Part shown: positions 38,218-51,475 of the stretch, piece after piece
How the letters are laid out: each line of letters opens with the position of its first letter
Position numbering within the stretch: position 1 is the stretch's first letter
Origin: Mustelus asterias
Taxonomy: Eukaryota
Reading direction: 5' to 3'
Length of the DNA stretch: 64,000 nucleotides
Assembly (NCBI RefSeq): GCF_964213995.1
Contig: NC_135804.1
Location: 111,414,001-111,478,000 of the forward strand
The notes under the pieces: generated by a model
Told to the model about the DNA's origin: nothing
The model's database searches: none
Seen by the model: only the letters and a program-made list of their open reading frames with translations
Translations under genes and position numbers: made by a program

Positions 38218-39854
38218 CTGAAAGAGAGAGTGTTATGCTCAACCTTAGCACATATGAAACACAGAACTATAACAAATCATGTAGATAGTATGGGGCTGCA
38301 CATATGGAACTATCAATACATGACACCAGAAAGTGATGGGACACAAGTTTATTTCACTTGCACACCACCAATTTCATTTCAATCGCACAGCTATGAAAAG
38401 GCAGGTTCCTTCAGGGATATACGGAATAAACAGAAGTTATTGCCCCAAAACAGGAAAACCTAGCAGTTCAAGAGAAATTGTTCACATGTATATGACAGAG
38501 CGTCTCACTCTCATTGTAAGTGTCATGTGGTTGCAAAAGTTTCATGGTTTAAGATCCTCTGGATCTCTTCTAGCACAGCTCAAAATGGAGAAGATGTGGT
38601 TAATGACCGGCAATCAACAATTATTCCCAAGAATGATCTTTTGTCTTTGATCATGATGGCTTTTCTTGGTATCCTTGTGATATGATTGGAACAAGAGATT
38701 CCCATTCAAAACTAAAGATTGCAGACAACAATGTTCCACTCCTGCTCAGCACGACCACAGTTGCAGCATGACTGACAGTTTTGATTTCCACTTCCACTGC
38801 AGAAATATTTACACACTTCTAAAATCCATAAACCACAGATCACACTTCATGATTAGCCATTAGCGCGGTAAATGCTGTCCAGACCTTAACTTGCAACAAA
38901 TCCCATTCTCCTATCACCCGTGTTGGGTGAGCTACATTGTCTTTCAGGCAAGCAATATCTTGGTTTTACCCTCCACAGCTTCAACTCTCCAAAGCCCTGT
39001 AATCTCCTCCAGATCCGAACCCTCCAAGATATCTGCACTCAGCTAATTCTCACCTCTTGATCATTCCCGATTTTATTCACTCCACTATTTGTGGCTGCAC
39101 CATCAGATGCCTATAATCAAAGTTCTGGGATGCTCTCTACACATCTCCGTTTCTCTACCTTGCTTTCCTCTTTTCCAACACTCCGTACAACCTCTTTGAT
39201 CAAGCTTTTGCTCGTCTGATCTAATTTTATTTTGTGATTGTTTCAATTTTGTTTTGTAATGATACTCTGAAGCACTTTGTGCTGTTTTATTATGTTAAAG
39301 GCACTATATAAATCTAAGTTGTTGTTGTAAATTAGTAAAACTTATATATCCTTGGTGGCAGAGAGGAGTACTGGCTGACTGTATGGGCTGACAGCCATTT
39401 ACCAACATCTTCCAAAATGACACAGCAGAAATCAGCAGCACACTACAGAGGGCACGATGACATATCCATAACTCACCCTATGACTAATGATTTGAATACT
39501 GGAGGAAAATATCAACTAAAAAAACAGCAGTTTTTTCCCTGTGAATAGTGATTCTATAAAGTAGCTATTTTTCTTCCCAATACCACTGCGGTCTTTCAAA
39601 ACTGCACATTTCTCCTGCTGAGAAAATGGATCCGAAACTTGTTGCATACAGTGTAAAAAATATGTCTATATCTAGTCAGAGAGGTCTGTGGAACTATCCT
39701 GACTAAACGCCTGATCCTGATTCTTCACACTCTCCCAATTGAAGGAATGGAACAGGAAGGAAGCTAGTTTAAGTTTGCTTAACTATACATTGCCACCAAA
39801 ATGGACTGATATTTTTAAATTTTGTTCAATCCAACAAAGAAATGGAAAAAAAAC

Positions 39855-39991
39855 CTTCATTTGCTTCATGAGTTCGAACATTTGTTCAGGTGGAAGGCTG
39901 GCAACAGCACGACTTATGGACTCTGGAGCATCTTCTGGCGAGACTGGATCCCCATAAGGAGACTCCATGACAGGGCCTGCTGTGCCCAGAT
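39855..39991 (-). CDS. CSTF2: CSTF2 exon 4 (hinge: LGTAGPVMESPYGDPVSPEDAPESISRAVASLPPEQMFELMKQMK)
   Basis: CstF-64 hinge domain sequence; AG/GT boundaries; 137 nt. Confidence 0.97.
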
Positions 39992-41796
39992 CTGCAAAAG
40001 AATTATGAATAATGTTATGTAACATTATGAAAGGGCTGTAATTGGATCAGCTCTGGTAGTCTGGTGGTATAGTGTCCACAGATATAATGTACAAGATAAT
40101 TAAAATTACCAGCTAACATAACAATGTTTATAATTTTATAGCCTTGTACAATAAAATATATTTTTTTAAATAACTAAAGCTATAATGGAAGATGGTTATC
40201 TTCATTCTATTTCAAGATGGAGATGGGAAAACAGGATGTCTACAAGAATAATTTAGGATATAGAGACTTCAGCTCCAAATTTAACTTTAGAGTGTCATGA
40301 TTTTAGAAGCATTTACGATTCGGACAAACTATGATTAATTGTTCATTAGTATTTCATGATGGTTCCCATTTATTCAGTATTTGAATAATATATATTTGAA
40401 ATATATTTCCAACTGTGAGATTCACATGTAGTGCTCAATTCTGGCAGGAGATCTAAAACTGAATCCACTTGCAACAAGAATAACTATAAAAGTCCACACT
40501 GTCAACACTGTAAACTGTTAGTAAACTGTAGGAAGCAATTGCCCAAACACTGCTGGAGGAAAAGGCTTTCAAGAGCAGCACAGACCGGTAAAATTACACT
40601 CAACATCTTATTTTGAACAATTACCAAGGGGTACACACAATTGTTTCACCCAAGTTATTTCAACTTCCAAAAGCCTGGCCAAACATTTTTCACCCTTATG
40701 CACTGGTCTATCGGGACGGCACTGTCTAACTTTTGAAACAGACCAGGAAATGTGTAGGGAACTGCTATGCTTTTTGCAACTAATTGTGAAAGTTGGGCAC
40801 AATCGCCTTGACAGAAATATAACAGGGCACATGGTTGGGCTCATGGGAGGATAGATTGGCTCATGGAAACAAAGATAAAAGTCCTGCGAGAAAGTCAGAA
40901 CTATAAAATCCATAATATATCATCCAAAAAGTGTACATTGCCAGAGATCATTATTAACTACCATTCCTGTTGTCTTCAATGCTGACAGCAAATAATGTTC
41001 TATTCTTCTAGATAATTCTTCTGCACCATGTATCCAGCACCTCAGCTTCATTTTCAGGCACCACAACCAGCCAAAAATAAGCATGGGAAACCTCAACCAC
41101 AAGAATCCCAATACCCTAAGTTGTGTTAGATGTATTAATTACATTGAGCATTAGTGGCAGCAAAGCACCGTGAACTTTGCAGAAAGATTGCTCTATAACC
41201 GGAAGTAAATCTGTCAAATTTCCCAGCTTAGTGGAAATCTAAGGGGTCAGGAGAATAATCTAGCATATTCTTACGTAGAATAGTAAAACAAATTGATAAA
41301 AGCATTGCATGACTTCCCTGACTTCACAAATGCTACGTGATAGACATAGTTAAAAATTGCACTGCTCTCTTACTCAATGCTGAAATACCAGTAGAAATGC
41401 TCAATAAATAAGATTATTTGGCACATTTAGATTTGCCATAGTAGAACGTTTAGACTTTATTTGAAGCATTTGTAACTAATAATTAACCCTTGCATTTGGA
41501 CAATCCATATGAAAACTTAACCACAATAGGAAATAACAGCAGAAAGTGAACTGTGCACAAGATTCTTTACAAACATAATTGAATTGACTTGTATTCAGTT
41601 TGTCAGTTTCTTTTACAACCCAAGTATTTCACATGTGGGTTTTCAAGACCTATTTTATATGTGCCACAATGTGTGATGGGAGACATCTAAACGTGTTTTT
41701 CATAAAAATGCAAAATCCAAATGTTTATCACTAAAGGATGTGACTTTGCAATAGACAAGAAGCAAAATAACTGGTGTGTCATGAATTCATACTCAC

Positions 41797-41966
41797 TTTT
41801 GAGCTCTTCTTTATTTTTCTCACTAGCAGCATTGTCCACTCGCAGTGCTCTTCCATTAAATTCCCTCCCATTGAGATTGCGCATGGCACTGAGTGCAGTC
41901 TCCTGATCCTGATATTCACAAAAGCCATATCCTTTGGGTTTACCCGTTTCTCTGTCATACACAAGC
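41797..41966 (-). CDS. CSTF2: CSTF2 exon 3 ([62 protein letters not shown]1)
   Basis: Near identity to the CstF-64 RRM; AG acceptor and GTGAGT donor; 170 nt. Confidence 0.98.
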
Positions 41967-42965
41967 CTACAATAAAAGATAACAAAACTAACAAATGGCC
42001 TATCATGACCAGGAAATAAATTGGAGACAGGGAGATGAACCCCTAACATGGACTTTGAAGAATATCGTGAGGCATCTCCATTAACATGGTACAAGTTAGG
42101 AAAGGGAGAGAGAAATGTTTTTCAAGTACAGTTACTTATGAACACAGTGTAACATTTGCTCAGAGCAAAGACTCATCTCCATCCATTTACCATGGCTAAT
42201 CCATCTAACCTACACATCGTTTGCACACTAAGGGGCAATTAAATGAGATTAATGATCAGTCGATATTTTAGACAATATTGATTTTTTAAAAATGTAAATG
42301 TAAACAAATTAATGGAAAAATTCCCCCTGCCCTTTTTTTAAAAAAGAAATCCTATGGGATCATTCATATCCAGCACAACAGGTGGACAGGGATTTTCTTG
42401 AAATCTCACCGAAACATGCAGCACTCCCTCACACCTTCCAAAAAACAATCAGCCTAGGTCATGTGCTCTATTCCACAATTTTTTCTAAGATGATGGTGCT
42501 CTGATCAAGCCATGCTGTAAGCTAACAAACCTTTCTTTCAATGATTACATATTTTGTGCTGCATTTCATATTCTCTAAGCAGCCTATGCTTATTACATAT
42601 TACCGACTATTTTCTGGGAACCAGCAAATGCATGTTTCAAGCCAAGTAAACAATGTGCTCATTATTCTTTCAATAGTTACGCTGCAATAAGAAATTTCAC
42701 TATTAATTCTTTCACTGTACCTCTGCACCCACTTCAGAAAGCTTAACAATTTGAGAGGTATATTAATGAAATCATCATTTTTACATTTTTAGTGCAGCAA
42801 TGGTCCATCAGCTGCAATCTTTTACTGAAAATTTTTCATTTGTCAAACTACTCAGGACAACTTGTAAGACTTTACTTTATATCTGATTTAGATATATTGC
42901 AATCCAATTATAATAATTTCAATAAGGCTAGATTTTTCTGTGTTTCTGGATAAAAGTTATAAATG

Positions 42966-43217
42966 CATAGAATCCCTACAAACAGAAAGAGGCATTTGGC
43001 CCATCGAGTCTGCACCGACTCTCCGAAAGAGCACCCCAAAACCACCCTCTCCCTGTAACCCTGCGCATTTATCATGGCCAATCCACCTAACCTGCACATC
43101 TTTGAACCGTGGGAGGAAACCCATGCAGACACGAGAACGTGCAAACTCCACCAAGGCTGGAACCGGACCTGTGTCCCTTGCGCTGTGAGGCAGCAGCGCT
43201 AACCACTGTGCCACCCT
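42966..43217 (-). mobile_element. HE1-type SINE
   Basis: Reverse complement of the HE1 head and core. Confidence 0.88.
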
Positions 43218-43377
43218 GTGAAGCTAGTGTGTCTCTTTTAATGATCAGAATTGCAAGACTCCAAATTCCAATTTACATTTTAAATGTAAATTATTAACGG
43301 TGAAGCACTTTGTGATATCCTGAGCATGTGTAAGTGCTATATAAATTAAAGAACTAAAGAGTGGTTTAACTCTGAAC

Positions 43378-45988
43378 CATGCTGTTGTGGTGGGAGATTT
43401 CAATAATTTCCCCTATATTGACAGGAACTCACTTAGTGCTAGGGACGTGGACGGGGCAGTTTGTAAGGAGCATCCAGGGGGGCTTCTTGAAACAGTGTGT
43501 AGTTGGTTCAACTAAGGAAGGGGCCATACTGGACCTGGTACTGGGGAATGAGTCTGGCCAGGTGGTCGATGTTTCAGTAGGGGAGCAGTTCGAGAACAGT
43601 GACCACAATTCAGTAAGCTTTAAGGTACTGACGGATGATAAGTGTAGCCCTCAAGTTAAGGTGCTAAATTGGGGAAAGGCTAATTACAACAATATTGGGC
43701 AGGAACTGAAGCATGTAGATTGGGGACAGATGTTTGAGGGCAAATCAAAATCTGACATGTGGGAGGCTTTCAAGTGTAAGTTGATAGGGATTCAGGACTG
43801 ACACGTTCCTATAAGGATGAAGGAAAAATATGGCAAGTTTTGGGAACCTTGGATAACGAGAGGTGTTGTGAGCCTAGTCAAAGAGAAAAAGGAAGCATTT
43901 GTCAAAGCTTGGACGGCTGGGAACACACAAAGCAAGTGTGGAATACAAGGAAAGTAGAAAGAAACTTAAACAAGGAGTAAGGAGGGCTAAAAGGGGTCAC
44001 GAAAAATCATTGGCCAGCAGGATTAAGGAAAATCCCAAGGCTTTTTACACATATATAATGAGCAAGAGGGTAGCCAGGGAGAGGGTTGGCCCACTCAAGG
44101 GCAATGGAGGGAATCTATGCATGGAGCCAGAGGAAATGGGCGAGGTATTAAATGAGGACTTTGCGTCAGTTTTCACCAAAGAGAAGGACTTGGTGGATGA
44201 TGAGTCTGGGAAAGTGTGTGTGTGGATAGTTTCAGTCATGTTGAGATCAAAAAGGAGGTGGTATTGGGGTTCCTGAGAAACATTAAGGTAGACAAGTCCC
44301 CAGGATCTGATGGGATATACCCCAGAATACTGAGAGAGGCGAGGGATGAAATTGCTGGGGCCTTGAGAGAATTTTCTTTTCCCTCACTGGCTACAGGGGA
44401 GGTCATGATGTGGAGATGCCGGCGTTGGACTAGGGTAAATACAGTAAGAAGTCTAACAACACCAGGTTAAAGTCCAACCTGGACTTTAACCTGGTGTTGT
44501 TAGACTTCTTACAGGGGAAGTCCCAGAGGATTGGAGAATAGCCAATGTTGTTCCTTTGTTTAAGAAGGGTAGCAAGAATAATCCAGGTAATTACAGACCG
44601 GTGAGCCTTACGTCAGTGGTAGGGAAATTATCGGAGAGGATTCCTCGAGACAGGATTTACTCCCACTTGGAAATAAGTGGACATATTAGTGAGAGGCAAC
44701 ATGGTTTTGTGAAAGGCAGGTCGTGTCTCACTAACTTGATCGAGTTTTTTGAGGAAGTGACGAAGATCATTGATTAGGGTAGGGCAGTGGATGTTGTCTA
44801 CATGGATTTCAGTAAGGCCTTTGATAAGGTCCCTCAGGGCAGACTGGTGCAGAAAGTGAAGTCGCATGGGATCAGAGGTGGGATGGCAAGGTGGACACAA
44901 AACTGGCTCGGTCATAGAAGACAGAGGGTAGCAGTGGAAGGGTGCGTTTCTGAATGGAGGGCTATGACAAGTGGCATTCCTCAGGGATCAGTGTTGGGAC
45001 CTTTGCCGTTTGTGATATATATAAATTACTTAGAGGATAATGTAGCTGGTTTGATTAGTAAGTTTGTGGATGACACAAAGGTTGGCGGATTTGTGGATAG
45101 CAATGAGGACCATCAGAGGATACAGCAGGATATAGATCGGTTGGCGTCTTGGGCGGAGAAATGGCAGATGGAGTTTAATCCAGACAAATGTGAGGTAATG
45201 CATTTTGGAAAGTCTAATACAGATAGGAAATATACAGTATATGGCAGAACCCCTAAGAGTATTGATAAGCAGAGGGATCTGGGTGTACAGGTACACAGGT
45301 CACTGAAAATGGTAACGCAGGTGGAGAAGGTAGTCAAGAAGGCATACGGCATGCTTGCCTTCATCAGCCAGGGCATTGAGTTTAAAAATTGGCAAGTCAT
45401 GTTGCAGATTTATAGAACCTTAGTTAGGCCGCACTTGGAGTATAATGTTCAATTCTGGTTGCCACACTACCAGAAGGATGTGGAGGCTTTGGAGAGGGTA
45501 CAGAAAATATTTACCAGGATGTTGCCTGGCATGGAGGGCATTAGCTACCAGGAGAGGTTGGAGAAACTTGGTTTGTTCTCACTGGAATGACGGAGGTTGA
45601 GGGGCGACCTGATAGAGGTCTACAAGATTATGAGGGGCATGGACAGAGTGGATAGCCAGCTTTTTCCCAGGGTGGAAGAGTCAATTACTCGGGAGCATAG
45701 GTGTAAGGTGCGAGGGGCAAGGTTTAAAGGAGATGTACGAGGCAAGTTTTTTTTACACAGAGGGTGGTGGGTGCCTGGAACTCGTTGCCGGGGGAGGTAG
45801 TGGAAGCAGATACGATAGTGACTTTTAAGGGGCGTCTTGACAAATACATGAATAGGATTGGAATAGAGGGATATGGTCCCCCAAAGGATAGGGGACTTTA
45901 GTTAAGTCGGGCAGCATGGTCGGTGCAGGCTTGGAGGGCCGAAGTGCCTGTTCCTGTGCTGTAATTTTCTTTGTTCTCTTTGTTCCTT
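43378..45988 (+). mobile_element. 5'-truncated CR1 LINE (APE C-terminal part + RT), interrupted at about 44403-44512
   Basis: ORF fragments across 43379-45800; (TTCTTTG)n tail. Confidence 0.95.
44403..44512. mobile_element. Penelope-like mini fold-back insertion with about 13-bp TSD
   Basis: Inverted arms GTAAGAAGTCTAACAACACCAGGTTAAAGTCCA; flanking TACAGGGGA(G/A)GTC duplication. Confidence 0.7.
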
Positions 45989-46495
45989 ATAATTTAATAA
46001 CTTGCCACGTCTATTATTTGCTGTTTGTGGAATCATGCAATATTCAAATTGACTGAGGTATTGACCTATGTAACAGCAACTATATTTTAAAGTAATTTAT
46101 TATCTGTGAAGCACTGTGTGATATCCTGAGTATGTGAAAGCGCTATATCAATATTTTATTATAGCATTTTGATTCACAAAATACTTCCAGTCAAAGGCAG
46201 GAAAAATATCCTGTGACATGAATAGCTGTACCCTAAAATTATTGGCTCATGATCCCTTTTCTGAGTGGTCAGATCTCTGCATTTTTTCTTTTCTTTAAGG
46301 TTAATTGGAGATATTTTTACTAGGAGAATGATGGCGGGCAAGTTAAATGATCTCAAAAGTAAAATCTCCACCGGAAGAAAGAATCCTGAGAACAGGACAC
46401 CTTTTCAGGAATTTTACACTTCCAACGTATTGTTCATAAAGGTGCAGTGTGGAAATGTGACAGCAGCCAACTATACATTGTCACGAGGAAGATAC

Positions 46496-46574
46496 CTGAA
46501 ACTCAACACTGGCCCAACTTCAGAGAAAATATCCTTCAACTGTTCTTCTGTGGCTTCATATGGAATATTCCCAA
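46496..46574 (-). CDS. CSTF2: CSTF2 exon 2 ([33 protein letters not shown]2)
   Basis: tttgcag acceptor, AG|GTATC donor, 79 nt, phase matches exon 1. Confidence 0.97.
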
Positions 46575-47379
46575 CTGCAAATGAAAAGGCATAATAGAGG
46601 GAGAATTTCAAACCAATTTTGAAATCAATATTCAGTTTTAATTTCACTTTATTAGTTTTTGAGTTTAGTGCTCTACAGTAATGCTAATATATCTTCACCG
46701 GATGTCTACACTATCACTTAAGCATTGGAAAAACAAAATGAGAAAGGCAGCAAAGAATTTTTCATGACTGGTCAGCTCCAAAAACCATATGATTGAATTG
46801 GTTTCCAAACAGGGACCAAGTAGCCAGAATCATACAATTTTGGACGGTTCATTTGCGATCTACGCTCAGCTATCTTTTTGGCCAGGGCAGTGATCGGAAT
46901 GCTAAATGACCTCAGTATTTCTGAGTTAGGGGGATAACTGATTAGGCTTTCCTCTCCTGATTATCTGATAGCCTATGCAGGAAGTTACACACCAGGTTGA
47001 TGGGTGAAGATAGGATCTGCTTCGTAACATGATGAAAAGATATAAGAATGTCTTAAGATATATTCATCCATTCATTCTTTGGACAGACCAGAACTGAAAC
47101 CTAAACCGTATTTTTTCTCTGTGTGCTAGAGGATGTACTGCATGTTTTCAACATTTCCACTTTTATTCATTTTTACTAAACTTGATCACCCCAACAACAC
47201 CTGGATTCATATTCTGAGGGCAGTAGGGGCTACCCGCTTTTCAGGGGATACAATTAGTACCTCTAAGCCCGTATTTCTTTACAAAACGTGCAAACTCCTT
47301 ATATTTCTTTACCCAGGCTGTGTGGGAGTGCACACTGACCATGATTACAAGCAGTCGCCCTCAGGCCCGCTCATCAACA

Positions 47380-47950
47380 TGCAGCATGACTCTCGACCAA
47401 ACTCCCCCCTCCCCTCCCATCAGCCCGTGGCCGGCCCCAACATCTCCAGCCACCGCCGAAATTTCCCCCGGGCCCACTGGCCGATCCGAGCAGCTTCCCT
47501 CCTCACTGTGGGACTCTTACCGAACACGGAGCGGAGCGAGCGGTCAATCGCCGGGTCCCGCACCAAGCTCGCCATAGCTACCGCTCGCCGGCGGCAGCAG
47601 CAGCAGCCCGGAAACCGGCTCGATAACCAGTCCGCCCGTGGAGCGAGCTCAAAGGTTCCGCCGGGCACTGGATCCGGGCCTCGGATTCTGTTATCCGTTC
47701 ATGTTGAGAAAAATCGGTTCAAAGACAAACGACAGTGGCGGAAACGAGATCCGAGTTTGAAGTTAAGGCGGTGTTAAGATCAGGTTGGCGTTTTCCGGCG
47801 TTGGGCGGGGGTATGAGTGTGAACCTGGAGAGAATGAGCTGCAGATTACACAAGCCTGGGCTGTAATGTTAGTCACCTCATGGGATAAATGTTGTGTCCC
47901 ACTACCCCTGCTGCATATTTGCTCATCTAGACTTTCATAGGTAAGAAGAT
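47380..47950. promoter_or_regulatory. CpG island / probable bidirectional promoter of CSTF2 and TRMT12
   Basis: CpG-dense non-repeat segment between divergent genes. ETS-like CCGGAA/GCGGAA/TTCCGG motifs, GC box GGGCGGGG near 47803, and a candidate TRMT12 5'UTR donor AG|GTAAGA at 47940/47941. Confidence 0.75.
47521..47575 (-). CDS. CSTF2: CSTF2 coding exon 1 (MASLVRDPAIDRSLRSVF)
   Basis: ATG at 47575. Peptide matches the CstF-64 N-terminus leading into the RRM. G|GTAAGA donor; located in a CpG island. Confidence 0.96.
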
Positions 47951-48321
47951 TATTTTCCTGTAGGACTGGTTTGGTGAATGTCCTGAAGATATAAAAAGTC
48001 CGAGGTCACGTACCAACCAACTCAAGAACAGCTTCTTTCTTCCCTACTGCCATCAGACTTTTGAATGGACCTACTTAAATTAAGTTGATCTTTCTCTACA
48101 CCCTAGCTATGGCTGTAACACTACATTCTGTACCCTCTCCTTTCCTTTTCCCCAATGTACTCTGAACGGTGTGCTTAGTCTGTATAGCAAGAAACAATAC
48201 TTTTCACTGTATCCCAATACATGTGACAAATCAAATCAAATATGTTAAAAAAACAAAACACTGTGGATGCTGGAATCTGAAACAAAAGCAGAAAATGCTG
48301 GAAAATCTCAACGGGTCTGAC

Positions 48322-48703
48322 AATACCTGTGCACAGTAAGAGTTTTAACAACACCAGGTTAAAGTCGGCAACAGGTTTATTTGGTAGCAAATACCATTAG
48401 CTTTCGGAGCGCTGCTCCTTCGTCAGATGGAGTGGAAATGTGCTCTCAAACAGGGCACAGAGACACAAAATCAAGTTACAGAATACTGACGCATTCTAAT
48501 CAGTATTCTGTAACTTGATTTTGTGTCTCTGTGCCCTGTTTGAGAGCACATTTCCACTCCATCTGACGAAGGAGCAGTGCTCCAAAAGCTAATGGTATTT
48601 GCTACCAAATAAACCTGTTGGACTTTAACCTGGTGTTGTTAAAACTCTTACTGTGTTCACCCCAATCCAACGCCGGCATCTTCACATCATGAATACCTGT
48701 GCA
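48322..48703. mobile_element. Penelope-like fold-back element (arms about 157 bp, 10-nt loop) with 12-bp TSD and a hammerhead motif in each arm
   Basis: Arms 48332-48489 and 48500-48655; AATACCTGTGCA on both sides. Confidence 0.85.
48394..48430 (-). ncRNA. Minimal type-I hammerhead ribozyme motif, intact core
   Basis: Minus strand reads CCAU-CUGACGA-A-GGAGC AGC GCUCC-GAA-AGCU-A-AUGG. Confidence 0.8.
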
Positions 48704-48984
48704 GACAGAATAGAGCTAATGTTTCGAGGCTGGAAGACCCTTGGTCAAAGCTGAAGATGTAATTGTGCTGGGATTATGGCAGTTTTTCATTCACTCCTCC
48801 ATTTATTGTCATCCTCCTTTACAGATATCCACAGATATGTATTTTAAAATCATTGCTAAAGGAAGAACTTAAATTTACATTGCACCCTTCTTAATCTCAG
48901 AATGTTCCAAAGCACCTCACAACCAATCAATTACTATTGAAATAAAAATGAACAAAATGCTAAAAATATTCAGAGGATCAAGAA

Positions 48985-50067
48985 ACTTGATGACAGAAAC
49001 CAGAGGGTGATTGTAGAAGGTTGTTTTTCAAACTGAAGACCTGTGACCAGCGGTGTGCCTCAGGGATCGGTGCTGGGTCCACTTTATTTGTCATTTATAT
49101 TAATGATTTGGATGAGAATATAGGAGGCATGGTTAGTAAGTTTGCAGATGACACCAGGATTGGTGGCATAGTGGACAGTGAAGAAGGTTATCTCGGGATT
49201 GCAACGGGATCTTGATCAATGGGGCCAGTGGGCTGACGAATGGCAGATGGAGTTTAATTTAGATAAATGTAAGGTGATGCATTTTGGTATATTGAACCAG
49301 GGCAGGACTTACTCAGTTAATGGTAGGGCATTTGGAGAGTTACAGAACAAAGAGACCTAGGGGTACAGGTTCATAGCTCCTTGAAAGTGGAGTCACAGGT
49401 GGACAGAATGGTGAAGAAGGCATTCAGCATGCTTGGTTTTATTGATCAGAACATTGAATACAGGAGTTGGGACGTCTTGTTGAAGTTGTACAAGACATTG
49501 GTAAGGCCACATTTGGAATGCTGTGTACAGTTCTGGTCATCCTATTATAGAAAGGATATTATTAAACTAGAAAGAGTGCAGAAGAGATTTACTAGGATGC
49601 TACCCTGACTTGATTGTTTGAGTTATAAGGAGAGGCTGGATAGACTGGGACTTTTTTCTCTGGAGCGTAGAGGGCTGAGGGGTGATCTTATAGACGTCTA
49701 TAAAATAATGAGGGGCATAGATCAGCTAGATTGTCAATATCTTTTCCCAAAGGTAGGGGAGTCTAAAATTAGAGGGCATAGGTTTAAGGTGAGAGAGAAG
49801 AGATACAAAAGGGTCCAGAGGGGCAATTTTTTCACACAGAGGGTGGTGAGCATCTGGAACAAGCTGCCAGTGGTAGTAATAGAGGCAGGTACAATTTTGT
49901 CCTTTAAAAAGCATTTAGACAGTTACATGGGTAAGATGGGTATAGAGGGATATGGGTCAAATGCGGGCAATTGGGACTAGCTTAGGGATTTAAAAAAAGG
50001 GCGGCATGAGAAGTTGGGCTGAAGGGCCTGTTTTCATGGCGTAAACTTCTATGACTATGATTCTATA
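48985..50067 (+). mobile_element. 5'-truncated CR1 LINE
   Basis: RT C-terminal ORF fragments across 49021-49980; same family as 18686-20330. Confidence 0.95.
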
Positions 50068-51419
50068 AGCATCTGTAAAGGGAAAGAAAGACAGCATCTC
50101 AGATTTTTAGCATCTGCAGTATTTTGCTTTTGTAATTTTGAGCTTCAGTCAGAGTAGACCAATTAATGTGCAACAAGCATCTGTTTTAATGGTGTTGTTA
50201 GATAAGTGTTTGATAGGGCAATGGGAGAATTGCCCTGTCAATAAATTAGAAATAGGCACACTTGATTTTATTTTCTCTTTCCATGCTTGCTTAAGAATCC
50301 TGGCTTATTCTGATTTGTGTCTCAGTACTGACGCGGCTATACCACAGTGCCATTTTGCACAGCCAACAATTAACAGCTTATTTCTAAGCACACTTTTAAG
50401 GCTAAAGACTCAGAATTGGGACTTAGGTGCCTGGGTAACTTAGGTAACTTGCATATTTGCTTAAAAAACTTAAGATGAAATAAGCACACTTCCTAACAAT
50501 CTGCAAGCTATCAAACTTCATTTTGGTTTGCATGAGACTCATTTAAAAGAATGCACTGGTTGGGTTGCTAACCCTCTAGGATTGGCTTGGAGTCTCTCAA
50601 AATTGAAGATCAATCTCCAGGACACCGCTGTGTACAATCCTGGAGAAGCACCATCCGGTTATTAAAAAAGATAGTTTTTCTTTGTCATTTTCTTTGAACA
50701 TTTATTTTTACCTGCTATGAAAATATTGCAAATGGGAAGTAAAAGGCTGTTTGACTGACAGTCAAGTATCATTCTATTGGATATCGACTCGTTTTGCTTT
50801 CTAATTGGTGTAGAAAGGTGTATGTCACAAAGATGGATTTGTTGGCCAACAAATGGCAGGAGCATGGGGGCAAATCATATGATGAAACCTCCAGGAATTA
50901 TTTATCCACGGATGGCAACCCAAATACTGCTCCATGTTTTCAAATATACCTCCAATCTTTGTCACTCTTTTTGCTCATAACATATTTCCTTAACATTGGT
51001 AACTCTGATGATGAGGAAATACACAATGGACATAGTGTATTTATTCCACAGGCATCAAACTATGCATTAGCATTCTCCAGATTACACCCAGAACCATGCA
51101 TCCTCTTCCCTACTTGGTTCCAAATTTCCTTGTATTCTGGGAAGAAAACTGCATTCCTTCAGTCACTGTTGGAACTAAAGTCCTGATATTCAAAACTCTG
51201 CTCAAGAGATTTTTGTTGGCACATCCATTGTTGATTCCTGTGTCCATAATTATGTATTTGCACAAGTATTTCATATAGTGCTTGACTGCATGTGCCAGTC
51301 ACTGAGGGGTAGTTAGGAGTTATCTATTAGTCCTTCTCAACAATAATTATCATTATGTGCTGTAATAGAGATAACTAATTTTCTTATATTTGAATGTGTC
51401 TTTTTCAGATAGTAAGATA

Positions 51420-51475
51420 ATGCAGAGGGAAGTTTCTGCAATTGTGACTCAGGCTCAGTTCGCACAACAATACAG
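51420..51475 (+). CDS. TRMT12: TRMT12/TYW2 first coding exon (MQREVSAIVTQAQFAQQYR)
   Basis: tttttcag acceptor (exon starts 51409), ATG at 51420, AG|GTGAG donor. Similar to human VAVVTEPWFTQRYR. Confidence 0.82.

Noticed and set aside
47133-47777. 214-aa plus-strand ORF over the promoter
   Set aside because: Stop-poor CpG island antisense to CSTF2 exon 1; no domain similarity.
50794-51186. 130-aa ORF upstream of the TRMT12 start
   Set aside because: No recognisable homology or clear splice pair; TRMT12 homology begins at 51420.
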